Part shown: positions 1 through 9,433 of the stretch, in pieces
Position numbering within the stretch: position 1 is the stretch's first letter
Layout: each line of letters starts with the position of its first letter
Origin: Candidatus Latescibacterota bacterium
Lineage (GTDB): Bacteria > Latescibacterota > UBA2968 > UBA8231
Direction of reading: 5' to 3'
DNA length: 64,000 nucleotides
Assembly (NCBI GenBank): GCA_965215195.1
Contig: CBDCDC010000002.1
Span: forward strand, 2,144,001 to 2,208,000
The notes under the pieces: generated by a model
The model's input: only the letters and a program-made list of their open reading frames with translations
What the model was told of the DNA's origin: nothing
Database searches by the model: none
Translations under genes and position numbers: made by a program

Positions 1-266
1 ATCTGAGGGTGACCGTCGACTCGGACGGAGAGGAGCACGTCGATGTCCGGGTGCCGCTGGCACTGATCAAGGCCGGAGTCAAGCTGCGCACCCTGCTTCC
101 AGAGCAGGCGGCGCAGGGAATCAATACGGCTCTACAGGACAACGGCATCAACGTTGACATTCACAACCTGCGAACCGAGGATCTAGAGCAGCTCGTAGAT
201 GCACTGAGCGAGGTCGAGGTCAACGTCCACGACGCGGAAAACAAGGTCCGAGTTTACTGTGAGTAG
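1..266 (+). CDS. 3' part of a hypothetical protein (DUF2089/SHOCT-associated-like), probably truncated by the window start
   Basis: Frame is open from base 3 (LRVTVDS...VDVRVPLALIKAG...KVRVYCE*); resembles the 'V.V.VPL.L' C-terminal domains of such proteins. Confidence 0.5.
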   Translation, partial: LRVTVDSDGEEHVDVRVPLALIKAGVKLRTLLPEQAAQGINTALQDNGINVDIHNLRTEDLEQLVDALSEVEVNVHDAENKVRVYCE

Positions 267-395
267 GGAATAACGATCGTTACGCGCCACCCGTTTTCAC
301 GGGCGCAGGCTTTTAGGCGTGAACAGCCTCTCCGGCTCCTATCGACAACGCGGAACGTCAAGGTGTTAATGCGTATCAGGCGGTGTCCTCCCAGC

Positions 396-1742
396 TCAGT
401 CCACCTCGACTAATTGCCGCGCCAGCGATCCCTCGCGCGTCAGGGCGTACACCAAGAGATTCACCCCTAAATTATACACCAACGGCTCCTCGGCACTGGC
501 CAGAATCGAGTGGTTGATGACGCCATTCGCCGAAGACCAATCCATCAACTCCCGACCGATGCCCGCCCAGAAATCGGCATAGCCGCGCATTGAATACACC
601 CCCACCAACTGCTCCCCAACTACGATGCCCTCCAAATAGTCCGGGGTACGGGGCGGGTAGTCTTGTCCGTCAACGACAAAGTTCATATCGCGCATCCCCC
701 GCGGCAGGCTGTTTACATCGTAGAAGCAATGATAGAGCGGATGGGTTAGCTCTAGGCGAGTAAACTTCCAGTCCTTCCATTCTTGATAACCCACCGCTTG
801 GAAGCTGGCGCGAATGAGGGAACGCACCGCCGGAATATCCAATTCGTCATCGCTGTAATTGGGCCACAAAAAGCGCACAATGTCCGCAAACAGGAAGCCG
901 CCGCCGGTCAAATACGTCCCTAAATTGGCCGCCTCGCTGTCCGTAAACTCAAAGGGGGTATCGACGGTCAGGAGGACGAAGGGGACTTGCAAAAGCTGCG
1001 GATCGTCGAGCCGAACCGCGTCGCGCACCTCAACGTGAACCTGCGTCGTGGCGGTCATTTTATCGGCCAACCCTTGCAGCATCCGCCGTTCTACCATCTG
1101 GCGCGGCATCTGGTGATACCAGCGCACTTGTATGTTTTCGGCCTGTTCACTGTATTCCGCCCGTTCGATGGAAGGGCTATAAAGGCCGGACATATAAAGG
1201 AAGCCCTTGAGCTTGCGCCGATCTTTGGGATCAACCACCACCATTGCCCGGTGCCGACCCGTATCCAGCGCCTGCACATCCATCAGTTCCAACGCCAAGT
1301 CAATCTCGTCGGCCCCCTGCCGCGTCCCTTCCAGTGCCCCAGCCTGCATCTGCGGACCAATGTGCCGAGCGGGAAAATCCGGCACCGGCAGCACCAGCCG
1401 ATCCGGCAGCGATGCCGACGGCAGCCGCAGAGCCGATGTTTTGAATACCGGCAGGGGGCGCGATGCCGACGGTGCCGGCCGCATCGCCACGACCGGGGCC
1501 GCTTGCAGGGCGGGGCGGCGCACCAACGGGCGCTGTTGCGGTCGTTGCCGACGGGCGAGGGTGCGTGGCAGCGGGCGCTTCTTGGTAAACTTCACCATGA
1601 TCGGCGGTTGCACGGGAAAGTGCGTGACCCGCTCATGGCGCGGAATTCCGAAGATCACCAGCAGATGCAAGGCCAGCGACACCGCCAAGCAGCTTTGCAG
1701 CTTTCTATTGCTTCGGAATGGGACTTTCCACGGTCGTTTCAT
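396..1742 (-). CDS. DUF4159-domain protein with N-terminal TM anchor and Pro/Arg-rich linker (copy 1 of 4)
   Basis: 448 aa; motifs [43 protein letters not shown] typical of DUF4159; N-terminal [10 protein letters not shown]. Confidence 0.8.
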   Translation of the reverse strand: MKRPWKVPFRSNRKLQSCLAVSLALHLLVIFGIPRHERVTHFPVQPPIMVKFTKKRPLPRTLARRQRPQQRPLVRRPALQAAPVVAMRPAPSASRPLPVFKTSALRLPSASLPDRLVLPVPDFPARHIGPQMQAGALEGTRQGADEIDLALELMDVQALDTGRHRAMVVVDPKDRRKLKGFLYMSGLYSPSIERAEYSEQAENIQVRWYHQMPRQMVERRMLQGLADKMTATTQVHVEVRDAVRLDDPQLLQVPFVLLTVDTPFEFTDSEAANLGTYLTGGGFLFADIVRFLWPNYSDDELDIPAVRSLIRASFQAVGYQEWKDWKFTRLELTHPLYHCFYDVNSLPRGMRDMNFVVDGQDYPPRTPDYLEGIVVGEQLVGVYSMRGYADFWAGIGRELMDWSSANGVINHSILASAEEPLVYNLGVNLLVYALTREGSLARQLVEVD

Positions 1743-1763
1743 CGGCTCACGTCCCTTCGCAAG

Positions 1764-2080
1764 GCAGGATTAAACCGGCGTAAATCCAGTATAATGGATG
1801 CTTGGGCGGTCCCATGCCGTCTTATCCTCGTTTGCGTCAAATAGCTCAACGCAATGGCCTCTTAGAAGCGGTCCTAAGTACGCGACCCTTACTTTGAGTA
1901 CGCATTTTCTGCTGTGTCCGATGGGTCCGGGATCGAGGGCAAGATGCCCTCGCACCCAAGCCTCTGCTGTTTCCGAGGTGTCTAGGATCGAGGGCGTCCC
2001 GCCCTCGCACCCAAGCCTCTGGGGCCACAGAGGACGGTTTGGCACACCTCTTCACCGCGCCTGGTGAAGCAGACAACTCC
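1764..2080. repeat. Dispersed intergenic block (copy 1): 5' remnant of the FMN-binding gene plus REP-like palindromes
   Basis: Near-identical to 23079-23323, 25428-25665, 27226-27495 and partly 4277-4500; contains GAGGGCGTCCCGCCCTC and GAGGGCAAGATGCCCTC hairpins. Confidence 0.85.
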
Positions 2081-4210
2081 TTACGGCAGCTTCGTCGTCT
2101 TTTTCGCTTCCACCCGCCCATCCACTTCGACCTGATAGACGTACACCCCAGCGGCCACATCCTTGCCCGTCGCGTCGCGGCCATCCCACACGAACCGATG
2201 ACTGCCCGCCTGAAGCGGCCCCTGCCACAACTGGCGCACCCGACGACCCAACACGTCGTACACCGCCAGCGACACCTCTGCTGCGTCCTTTGCCAAGTCA
2301 AGGGGCAGCACCACGGCCGGATTGAACGGATTGGGATAGCTGTCGCCGAGCCGATGTTGCACGGGTCGCGCTATCGCTGGCGTCATCACCGCCGTCGCCT
2401 GCTCGGCCAGCGAACTCTTGAGCACATGTACCCCACCCAAGATCGGATCTAACACGACCAAATCGAGGTCGCCGTCCCCATCCATATCCCCGGACAGCAC
2501 GGTGGTCGCACTGCCCTCCAGCCGATGCCGCTCCCCGGCTTGGGTAGGATTGACACGCCCACCCCATTCGACAAAGACCCCAAAGCCCGAAGCGCGGTCT
2601 CCGCCGATAAACACCCAGTCGTCCACCCCATCGGCGTTGAGGTCGCGCACCAGCATCGGCGAGCGCAGAAACAGCCGATCATCATACAGCACTGCCGCTT
2701 CGAGGCGGTCGCCGGTCCCCTTTCTCTGCAAGACGATCCCCTTGCTCCCTTCTATTAGATCGGAGGTGAACTCGGTGAGGAAATCCACCTGTCCATCGCC
2801 ATCAAAATCGCCCACCCCTAACAGCCGCTTCCCTTCGTCGAATTCAAAGGGCTCGCCGCGTGGAAGCTCCTCGCCCAAGGCCCCCACAATCCACGTGTTC
2901 ACCCGCCCGGCGATCGGTACCCACAACACATCTAGTACTCTATCGCCGGTAAAGTCGCCGATATGAGCGGGCGCATGGTTTTGGGACATCCCCACCTCCT
3001 CGGAAGTCCACACGTCCTGCTCTACATCCCAGACTTCTAACGTGCTTCCTTCAAACGTAACATCCCGTACAAATAGTTCGCTCCGGCCGTCACCATCCCA
3101 ATCCGCTGCATCCGCGATCCATCGGTCCTCGATCTGCACGAGCACCTCGACTTGGAGTTCCGGCCCGATAGACCACACTTCGGTCACCTGCCCACTGTTG
3201 CTTTGAGATATCGCGATTTCGTCTTGCCCATCGCCGGTTAAATCAGCCCCCATCGCCTCTAAGACCACCCCGGCGGTGGTCGTCCGACCCGTTGCCGCAT
3301 CGGTACTAGTCTCCCCGGCGGCCGTTACTGCTTCTATGCGCCTCAATTCCAAGGCCCCCTGCCCGTCATTGAGGGCCATCAGCCAGCCCGCTATAGACCC
3401 CCACACCTCCCTTTTTTCCTGGTGCTCATAGAGAGCGAACAGGTCTAAGTCGCCATCGCCCTCCAAGTCCGTCAACACGCCAGCCCCTCTAATCTCCGCC
3501 CCTATGCCCGGGGCAATCGGATAGAACACCGGCCGCGCAAAAAGCCCCTCATCAAAGCGAAAGTACTCCACCTGCGGCGGGGACAGTTCCCCCTCTAATA
3601 ACTCCTCCACGCCGGTCAACTCGATCCAATCAACCTCAAACCACGCCACCACATCGGATGCCGGCGGCTCTTGCTCTGTATCCAGTAGAAAAATGAGTTG
3701 AATATCTTTTAACAGGCCGTCCCATATCTTCTCGTCGTGACCCGCCAAGGAGATCGTTACTTCCTGCCACTGGGTGGTATAGGTTGTAGCTTGTGGAAGA
3801 ATGCCAAACCGGCTTCCAGACGGCGGGTCTTCGGGATCCCAACCGGAAGACCGGGCGTTGTGCTCGTTGGTCCACTCCATTGAAACATTACCCTCCGTAG
3901 GGCGATGGTGGACGGTGCGGCAGCGGATGCGGACGTGGTCGAACAGAGCCGAATCGTACCCGATGGTCGAAGAAATCAATTCGACACTCGGCTTGGGATA
4001 ATGACTTTTGACGACCGAGGGTGCGACCGTGATCCGCCACACGCCGTCTTCGACCACACTTGGGAACAGGTGCAATTCGCGCTTCCCACCCCATATAAGC
4101 GCTTCTTTGGCAGACCACCCTTGCGTCGTCCCATCGTCGAAATCCCACTTGATCGCCTCGGCGGGGACGCTCCACAGCACAAGCCATACAACAACGGCAA
4201 ATCGCAACAT
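2081..4210 (-). CDS. Secreted FG-GAP/VCBS-repeat protein with C-terminal FlgD-Ig (T9SS-CTD-like) domain, paralog 1
   Basis: 709 aa; signal peptide ending AEA; DxDGDGxxD repeats; C-terminal YPNPFNP...YDVLGRRVR...WDGRD...GVYVY...KKTTKLP. Confidence 0.85.
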   Translation of the reverse strand: MLRFAVVVWLVLWSVPAEAIKWDFDDGTTQGWSAKEALIWGGKRELHLFPSVVEDGVWRITVAPSVVKSHYPKPSVELISSTIGYDSALFDHVRIRCRTVHHRPTEGNVSMEWTNEHNARSSGWDPEDPPSGSRFGILPQATTYTTQWQEVTISLAGHDEKIWDGLLKDIQLIFLLDTEQEPPASDVVAWFEVDWIELTGVEELLEGELSPPQVEYFRFDEGLFARPVFYPIAPGIGAEIRGAGVLTDLEGDGDLDLFALYEHQEKREVWGSIAGWLMALNDGQGALELRRIEAVTAAGETSTDAATGRTTTAGVVLEAMGADLTGDGQDEIAISQSNSGQVTEVWSIGPELQVEVLVQIEDRWIADAADWDGDGRSELFVRDVTFEGSTLEVWDVEQDVWTSEEVGMSQNHAPAHIGDFTGDRVLDVLWVPIAGRVNTWIVGALGEELPRGEPFEFDEGKRLLGVGDFDGDGQVDFLTEFTSDLIEGSKGIVLQRKGTGDRLEAAVLYDDRLFLRSPMLVRDLNADGVDDWVFIGGDRASGFGVFVEWGGRVNPTQAGERHRLEGSATTVLSGDMDGDGDLDLVVLDPILGGVHVLKSSLAEQATAVMTPAIARPVQHRLGDSYPNPFNPAVVLPLDLAKDAAEVSLAVYDVLGRRVRQLWQGPLQAGSHRFVWDGRDATGKDVAAGVYVYQVEVDGRVEAKKTTKLP

Positions 4211-4222
4211 GATACCACCTCC

Positions 4223-4276
4223 TCACGGCAGCTTCGTCGTCTTTTTCGCTTCCACCTGTCCGTCGATTTCGACCTG
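4223..4276 (-). pseudogene. Orphan 3' fragment of an FlgD-CTD gene
   Basis: Encodes only [17 protein letters not shown]; retains the downstream GAGGAGG SD of the next gene. Confidence 0.75.
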
Positions 4277-4500
4277 AAGTACGCGACCCTTACTTTGAGT
4301 ACGCATTTTCTGCTGTGTCCGATGTGTCCAGGATCGAGGGCGTCCCGCCCTCAACGCCCCTCGCACCCAAGCCTCTGCGGTTTCCGATGGGTCCGGGATC
4401 GAGGGCGTCCCGCCCTCGCCCCCAAGCCTCTGGGGCCGCAGAGGACAGCACGAGGAGTTTGTCACGCCTCTTCACCGCGCCTGGTGTAGCAGACAACTCC
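4277..4500. repeat. REP-like intergenic block (copy 2)
   Basis: Two GATCGAGGGCGTCCCGCCCTC units plus the shared AAGTACGCGACCCTTACTTTGAGTACGC segment. Confidence 0.8.
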
Positions 4501-6729
4501 TCACGGCAGCTTCGTCGTCTTTTTCGCTTCCACCCGCCCATCAATTTCAACCTGATAGACATACACCCCGGCGGCCACCGCCTTGCCCCCCTCGTCGCGC
4601 CCATCCCACACAAACCGATGGCTACCCGCCGCCAGCGACCCGTCCCATACCTGCCGCACCCGACGACCCAACACATCGTACACCGTCAGCGACACTCCCG
4701 CCGCGTCCGTCGCCAAATCGAGGGGCAGCACCACCGCTGGATTAAACGGATTGGGATAGCTGTCGCCCAACCGATGTTGCACCGGCCGCGCTGCCGCTGG
4801 CGTCTGCACCGCTGTCGCCTGACCGCCCAGCGAACTCTTGAGTACATGCACCCCGCCCAAGATCGGATCTAACACCACCAAATCGAGATCGCCGTCGTTA
4901 TCCATATCCCCGCAGAGCACGTCTCGCCCTGTGCCCTCCAGCCGATGCCGCTCCCCGGCTTGAGTAGGATTGACACGCCCGCCCCATTCGACAAACACCC
5001 CAAAGCCCGAAGCGCGATCTCCGCCGATAAATACCCAGTCGTCCACCCCATCGGCATTCAGATCGCGCACCACCACCGGCGAGCGTCGCAACAGCCGATC
5101 ATCATACAGCACCGCCGCTTCGAGGCGGTCCCCGGCTCCCTTTCTCTGCAAAACCAGCCCCTTGCTACCTTCTATATCGACTGTGAATTCGGTGAAGAAA
5201 TCCACCTGCCCATCGCCATCAAAGGGTGTGAACAAGGATGTGAACTCGGTGAGGAAATCCACCTGTCCATCGCCATCAAAATCGCCCACCCCTAACGGCC
5301 TCACCCCTTCATCGAATTCAAAGATCTCGCCGCTCGGAAACGCCGCGGTCTCGCTTGTCTGCAACGCCTCGCTCAAGTCCCCCACAATCCACGTGCTCGC
5401 CCGCCCGGGGATCAGCGCCCACAACGCGTTGAGGACCCCATCGCCGGTAAAGTCGCCGATATAAGGGGGGGTATAGTCTTGGACCGCGGCTACCTCCTCG
5501 GACGTCCACACGCCCTGTTCTACATCCCACACCGCTAACGTGCTAAAGAACGTCACCGTACCCGCGATCGCCTCCTCTAAAGTGCCTTCATACGTAGTCC
5601 TCCCGACAAACAACTCAACCCTCCCGTCGCCATCCCAATCGGCCACACTACGGACCAATCGGTCGATCTGCACCAGCACCTCGACTTGGAGGTCCGGCCC
5701 AATAGACCACACTTCGGTCCCGTGCCCCCAGTTGCTTTGAGATATCGCGATTTCGTCTTGCCCATCGCCGGTCAAATCCGCACCAAGCACTCTTGAGACC
5801 ACTCCACCTTCAGCTATTTCCTCTATAACAGGCCCCCGTTCCAAGACCCCGCGCCCGTCATTGACGGCCATCAGCCAGCCCGCTTTAGTCTGAGGAGGCC
5901 CATACTTATCCTCTGTTTGCGTTTCCCACAGGCCAAACAGGTCTAAGTCGCCATCGCCATCCAAGTCCGTCAACACACCGCCCCCCCTATCCCCTAGATA
6001 CCTACCTCCAATAGGTGCTTCCCCTAGGCCCGGCGCAATCGGATAGAACACCGGCGGCGCAAACAGGCCGGTCCCCGCAAAGCGAAAGTAGGACGCTACC
6101 GGCGGCGGCGGCCGTTCCCCCTGGAGCATCTCTTCCACGCCGGTCAACTCGATCCAGTCGATCTCAAACGCCTCAACCACCCCAGGCTTGGTATCCGAAT
6201 CAAAATCCAGTATAAAACTGAGCTTGATATTTTTTAACAGGCCCTCCCATCCCCTGTGCCCATCCAACGAGACCACCACTTCCTGCCACTCGGTCGTATA
6301 GACGATTTGTTGGATGAGGTCGCGGTCTTCTTCGGCTGCTTCTAGCTCAGAACCGACATCAAAAAAACCAAAACCTGAAGAGCTTTTCCACTCGATCCAA
6401 AAAGTACCCTCCGTAGGGCGGTCATGGACGCTGCGGAACCGGACGCGGACTTGGTCGAACAGAGCCGAATCGTACCCGATGGTCGAAGAAACCACTTCGA
6501 CACCCGGACGGGAGGCGTACAAACTATTGGTGACGGCGGGATCGACCCGGATCCGCCACACGCCCTCGTCGACCTCTCCGGGGAACTGGTTAAATTCACG
6601 CGTACCCCCCCATACAAGTGCTTCTTTGGGCGTCCACCCTTGCGTCGTCCCATCGTCGAAATCCCATTTGATCGCCTCGGCGAGGCTGCTCCACAGCATA
6701 ACGCAGATAACAACGGCCAATAGCAACAT
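4501..6729 (-). CDS. FG-GAP/FlgD-CTD secreted protein, paralog 2
   Basis: 742 aa; same architecture; internal duplication of FDGDGQVDF(L/F)TEFT. Confidence 0.85.
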   Translation of the reverse strand: MLLLAVVICVMLWSSLAEAIKWDFDDGTTQGWTPKEALVWGGTREFNQFPGEVDEGVWRIRVDPAVTNSLYASRPGVEVVSSTIGYDSALFDQVRVRFRSVHDRPTEGTFWIEWKSSSGFGFFDVGSELEAAEEDRDLIQQIVYTTEWQEVVVSLDGHRGWEGLLKNIKLSFILDFDSDTKPGVVEAFEIDWIELTGVEEMLQGERPPPPVASYFRFAGTGLFAPPVFYPIAPGLGEAPIGGRYLGDRGGGVLTDLDGDGDLDLFGLWETQTEDKYGPPQTKAGWLMAVNDGRGVLERGPVIEEIAEGGVVSRVLGADLTGDGQDEIAISQSNWGHGTEVWSIGPDLQVEVLVQIDRLVRSVADWDGDGRVELFVGRTTYEGTLEEAIAGTVTFFSTLAVWDVEQGVWTSEEVAAVQDYTPPYIGDFTGDGVLNALWALIPGRASTWIVGDLSEALQTSETAAFPSGEIFEFDEGVRPLGVGDFDGDGQVDFLTEFTSLFTPFDGDGQVDFFTEFTVDIEGSKGLVLQRKGAGDRLEAAVLYDDRLLRRSPVVVRDLNADGVDDWVFIGGDRASGFGVFVEWGGRVNPTQAGERHRLEGTGRDVLCGDMDNDGDLDLVVLDPILGGVHVLKSSLGGQATAVQTPAAARPVQHRLGDSYPNPFNPAVVLPLDLATDAAGVSLTVYDVLGRRVRQVWDGSLAAGSHRFVWDGRDEGGKAVAAGVYVYQVEIDGRVEAKKTTKLP

Positions 6730-6741
6730 GATACCACCTCC

Positions 6742-7509
6742 TTACGGCAGCTTCGTCGTCTTTTTCGCTTGCACCTGTCCACCTATGTTGACCTTATAGA
6801 CATACACCCCGGCGGCCACGTCTCTGCCCGCCGCGTCGCGCCCATCCCACACAAACCGATGGCTCCCCGCCGCCAGCGGCCCCTGCCACACCTGCCGCAC
6901 CCGACGACCCAACACGTCGTAGAGTGCCAAGTGGACCCGTGCCTCGTCCGTCGCCAACGCAAGGGGAATCACCATCGCCGGATTAAACGGATTGGGATAG
7001 GCATTGCCCAGCCGATGTTGCGCCGGCCGCGCTGCCGCCGACGTCTGCACGGCGGTCGCGGTCGGTTGCTCCGCTTCCGAACAGGGCGTGGAGGAACACG
7101 CGCATTGCCAATAATCAAGGTCACCGTCCGCGTCATAGTAAAAAGTGCAGTACCGGTACGGCTTGGTCGAGTTAGAAGACCTCGCGCAACCACCAAAGTA
7201 GCTGCACTCCGTCTTTGGAGGGGGGCCGAGGAAAGCGCCGGCCTGCTCGGCCTCCGAGCGGGAGATGCAGTGGTACTCAAAGCTGCAGTCAAGGTGCTCT
7301 GTGCGGCACCGGATCGGCGTGTTCTCGTTCCGAGACTCGCATGAAACGTTGTACTCGCAGTCTTCATAAGCACTATCCCCGCACTTGTCGGCTTGGGCTT
7401 CCTTGTCCCCGAGCAGGACCACAAGCCCCGCAAGGGCGATGATAACCCACCCCTGCCGCATTGGGGCCAAGCCACTGGACGAGCCGATAAATTCACGCAA
7501 ACTGTTCAT
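6742..7509 (-). CDS. Cys-rich secreted protein with conserved SLREF..SSSG-LAP leader and FlgD-CTD
   Basis: 255 aa; leader MNSLREFIGSSSGLAPMRQG plus hydrophobic stretch; 12 Cys in two modules; YPNPFNP CTD; SD GGAGG. Confidence 0.85.
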   Translation of the reverse strand: MNSLREFIGSSSGLAPMRQGWVIIALAGLVVLLGDKEAQADKCGDSAYEDCEYNVSCESRNENTPIRCRTEHLDCSFEYHCISRSEAEQAGAFLGPPPKTECSYFGGCARSSNSTKPYRYCTFYYDADGDLDYWQCACSSTPCSEAEQPTATAVQTSAAARPAQHRLGNAYPNPFNPAMVIPLALATDEARVHLALYDVLGRRVRQVWQGPLAAGSHRFVWDGRDAAGRDVAAGVYVYKVNIGGQVQAKKTTKLP

Positions 7510-7527
7510 AATTCACCTCCCCTTCCC

Positions 7528-8334
7528 TCACGGCAGCTTCGTCGTCTTCTTGGCTTCTACCCATCTGTCGATTTCGACCTTGTAGATATACACCCCGGCG
7601 GCCACGTCTCTGCCCGCCGCGTCGCGACCATCCCACACAAACCGATGGCTCCCCGCCGCCAGCGGACCGTCCCAGACCTGCCGCACCCGACGACCCAACA
7701 CGTCGTAGAGTGCCAAGTGGACCCGTGCCTCGTCCGTTGCCAACGCAAGGGGAATCACCATCGCCGGATTAAACGGATTGGGATAGCTGTCGCCCAGCCG
7801 ATGCTGCACCGGCCGGCCCGCTGCCGACGTCAGAACCGCGGTCGGCGTTGGCACGGCCTCCGAACAGGGCGTGGACGAGCAGAGGCAACTTTCCCAAGTG
7901 TCGTTGTTAAAATGGTACGTGGTGCAGTGCCGGTACGGCTCGGTTGAGTTAAACTCCGCGCACTCGTCGTAATATCTGCAATAAGTCGTTTGGTCGGTTG
8001 CGGTCGTCGGCACGGCCTCCGAACAGGGCGTGGACGAGTACCAGCAATCTACTATGCCGAAGTCGCAGAGCATGTCCAAGGCATAGGTGCAGTAGAGGTA
8101 TTTCGCCTCCGGCTCGGCTGGATCTGCATCCGCCCGCGCACAAATTGGATGCTCGGAGTTGAAGCTACAGTCGAAACAATGGGTCCAGCTATCGTCACAG
8201 TAGGTCCGGGCGGGGTCGGCGTCGGCTCTGTTGATCCCGAACAGGACCACAAGCCCCGGGAGGGCGATTGCGACCCACTTCCGTAGCGGAGCCAAGCCGC
8301 TGGACGAGCCAATAAATGCACGCAACCTGTTCAT
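7528..8334 (-). CDS. Cys-rich secreted protein with conserved leader and FlgD-CTD
   Basis: 268 aa; MNRLRAFIGSSSGLAP leader; 14 Cys; two modules each ending SSTPCSEAVPT. Confidence 0.85.
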   Translation of the reverse strand: MNRLRAFIGSSSGLAPLRKWVAIALPGLVVLFGINRADADPARTYCDDSWTHCFDCSFNSEHPICARADADPAEPEAKYLYCTYALDMLCDFGIVDCWYSSTPCSEAVPTTATDQTTYCRYYDECAEFNSTEPYRHCTTYHFNNDTWESCLCSSTPCSEAVPTPTAVLTSAAGRPVQHRLGDSYPNPFNPAMVIPLALATDEARVHLALYDVLGRRVRQVWDGPLAAGSHRFVWDGRDAAGRDVAAGVYIYKVEIDRWVEAKKTTKLP

Positions 8335-8346
8335 GGCTTCGTCTCC

Positions 8347-9375
8347 TTAATTGCCAGTCTGCTCTTGCAAATGGCGCTTGATCTGCCCCCACGAGGGCTC
8401 GGCCACGGCGGTCGGCTCCTCGCCGATATAAGACGCGAGGTCCCAGAACCGCACCAAGTAGGAGTGACTCGTGGCACTCGCCAGCGTACCTCCATCCGGC
8501 GAATACGCCACATCCGAGACGACATCCGTGTGCCCTTCGAGCGTGGTGAGCAGTTCCCCTGTCGCTACATCCCAAAGACGTATCGCGTTGCCATGCGCAC
8601 TAGCCAACGTGTGCCCATCCGGTGAATACGCCAAACCACCACCGCATCTACCTAGTCGTCCTTCAAGCGTGTTGGAGACTTCACCGGTCTCCACATCCCA
8701 AAGACGTATCGTTTGATCCCGACTCCCACTGACCAACGTGCGACCATCCGGTGAATACGATACATGAACGACCCCATCCGCGTGCCCTTCGAGCGTGGTG
8801 AGCAGTTCACCGGTCGCCGCGTCCCAAAGACGTATCGTCCGGTCGAAGCCCCCACTGGCCAGCGTACTGCCATCCGGTGAATACGATACATGAATGATAC
8901 CCTCCGTATGCCCTGTGAGTGTGTTGAGATGTTCACCCGTCGCCACATCCCAAAGGCGAATCGTTTGATCCCGACTCGCACTGGCTACCGCAGCCCCATC
9001 CGGTGAATACGAGACGCTAAAGACATCCTCCCTGTGCCCTCTCAGCGTAGTGCGGACTTCACCTGTGGTCGCGTCCCAAAGACGCACGGTTTCGTCGAAA
9101 CTCCCACTGGCCAGCGTGCGACCATCCGGTGAATACGCCACATCCCAGACCAGATCCGTGTGCCCTACGAGCGTGGTGCGGACTTTACCTGTCGCTGCAT
9201 CCCAAAGACGCACGGTTTCGTCGAAACTCGCACTGGCTACCGCGGCCCCGTCCGGCGAATACGCCACACTAGTAGTCCAGCTCGGTGCCCGGGCATAGCT
9301 GCCATCCGGCAAGCCCAAAGCGATCAAGCAGGCGACTAACACGAGACGGAATTGATGTACAACTCGCGTTTTCAT
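8347..9375 (-). CDS. Secreted WD40 beta-propeller protein with C-terminal 'TAV.EPSWGQIK' motif
   Basis: About 7 repeats GH...VAYSPDG.TLASGS.D.T(V/I)RLWD; ATG at 9375 preceded by AAGGAG (alternative start 9420); signal peptide ending SYA. Confidence 0.85.
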   Translation of the reverse strand: MKTRVVHQFRLVLVACLIALGLPDGSYARAPSWTTSVAYSPDGAAVASASFDETVRLWDAATGKVRTTLVGHTDLVWDVAYSPDGRTLASGSFDETVRLWDATTGEVRTTLRGHREDVFSVSYSPDGAAVASASRDQTIRLWDVATGEHLNTLTGHTEGIIHVSYSPDGSTLASGGFDRTIRLWDAATGELLTTLEGHADGVVHVSYSPDGRTLVSGSRDQTIRLWDVETGEVSNTLEGRLGRCGGGLAYSPDGHTLASAHGNAIRLWDVATGELLTTLEGHTDVVSDVAYSPDGGTLASATSHSYLVRFWDLASYIGEEPTAVAEPSWGQIKRHLQEQTGN

Positions 9376-9433
9376 AAGAAACTCCTTTCGGTGCGTTTTG
9401 AGGACTTTTTCACACGCCATTTTCAAACACTCC

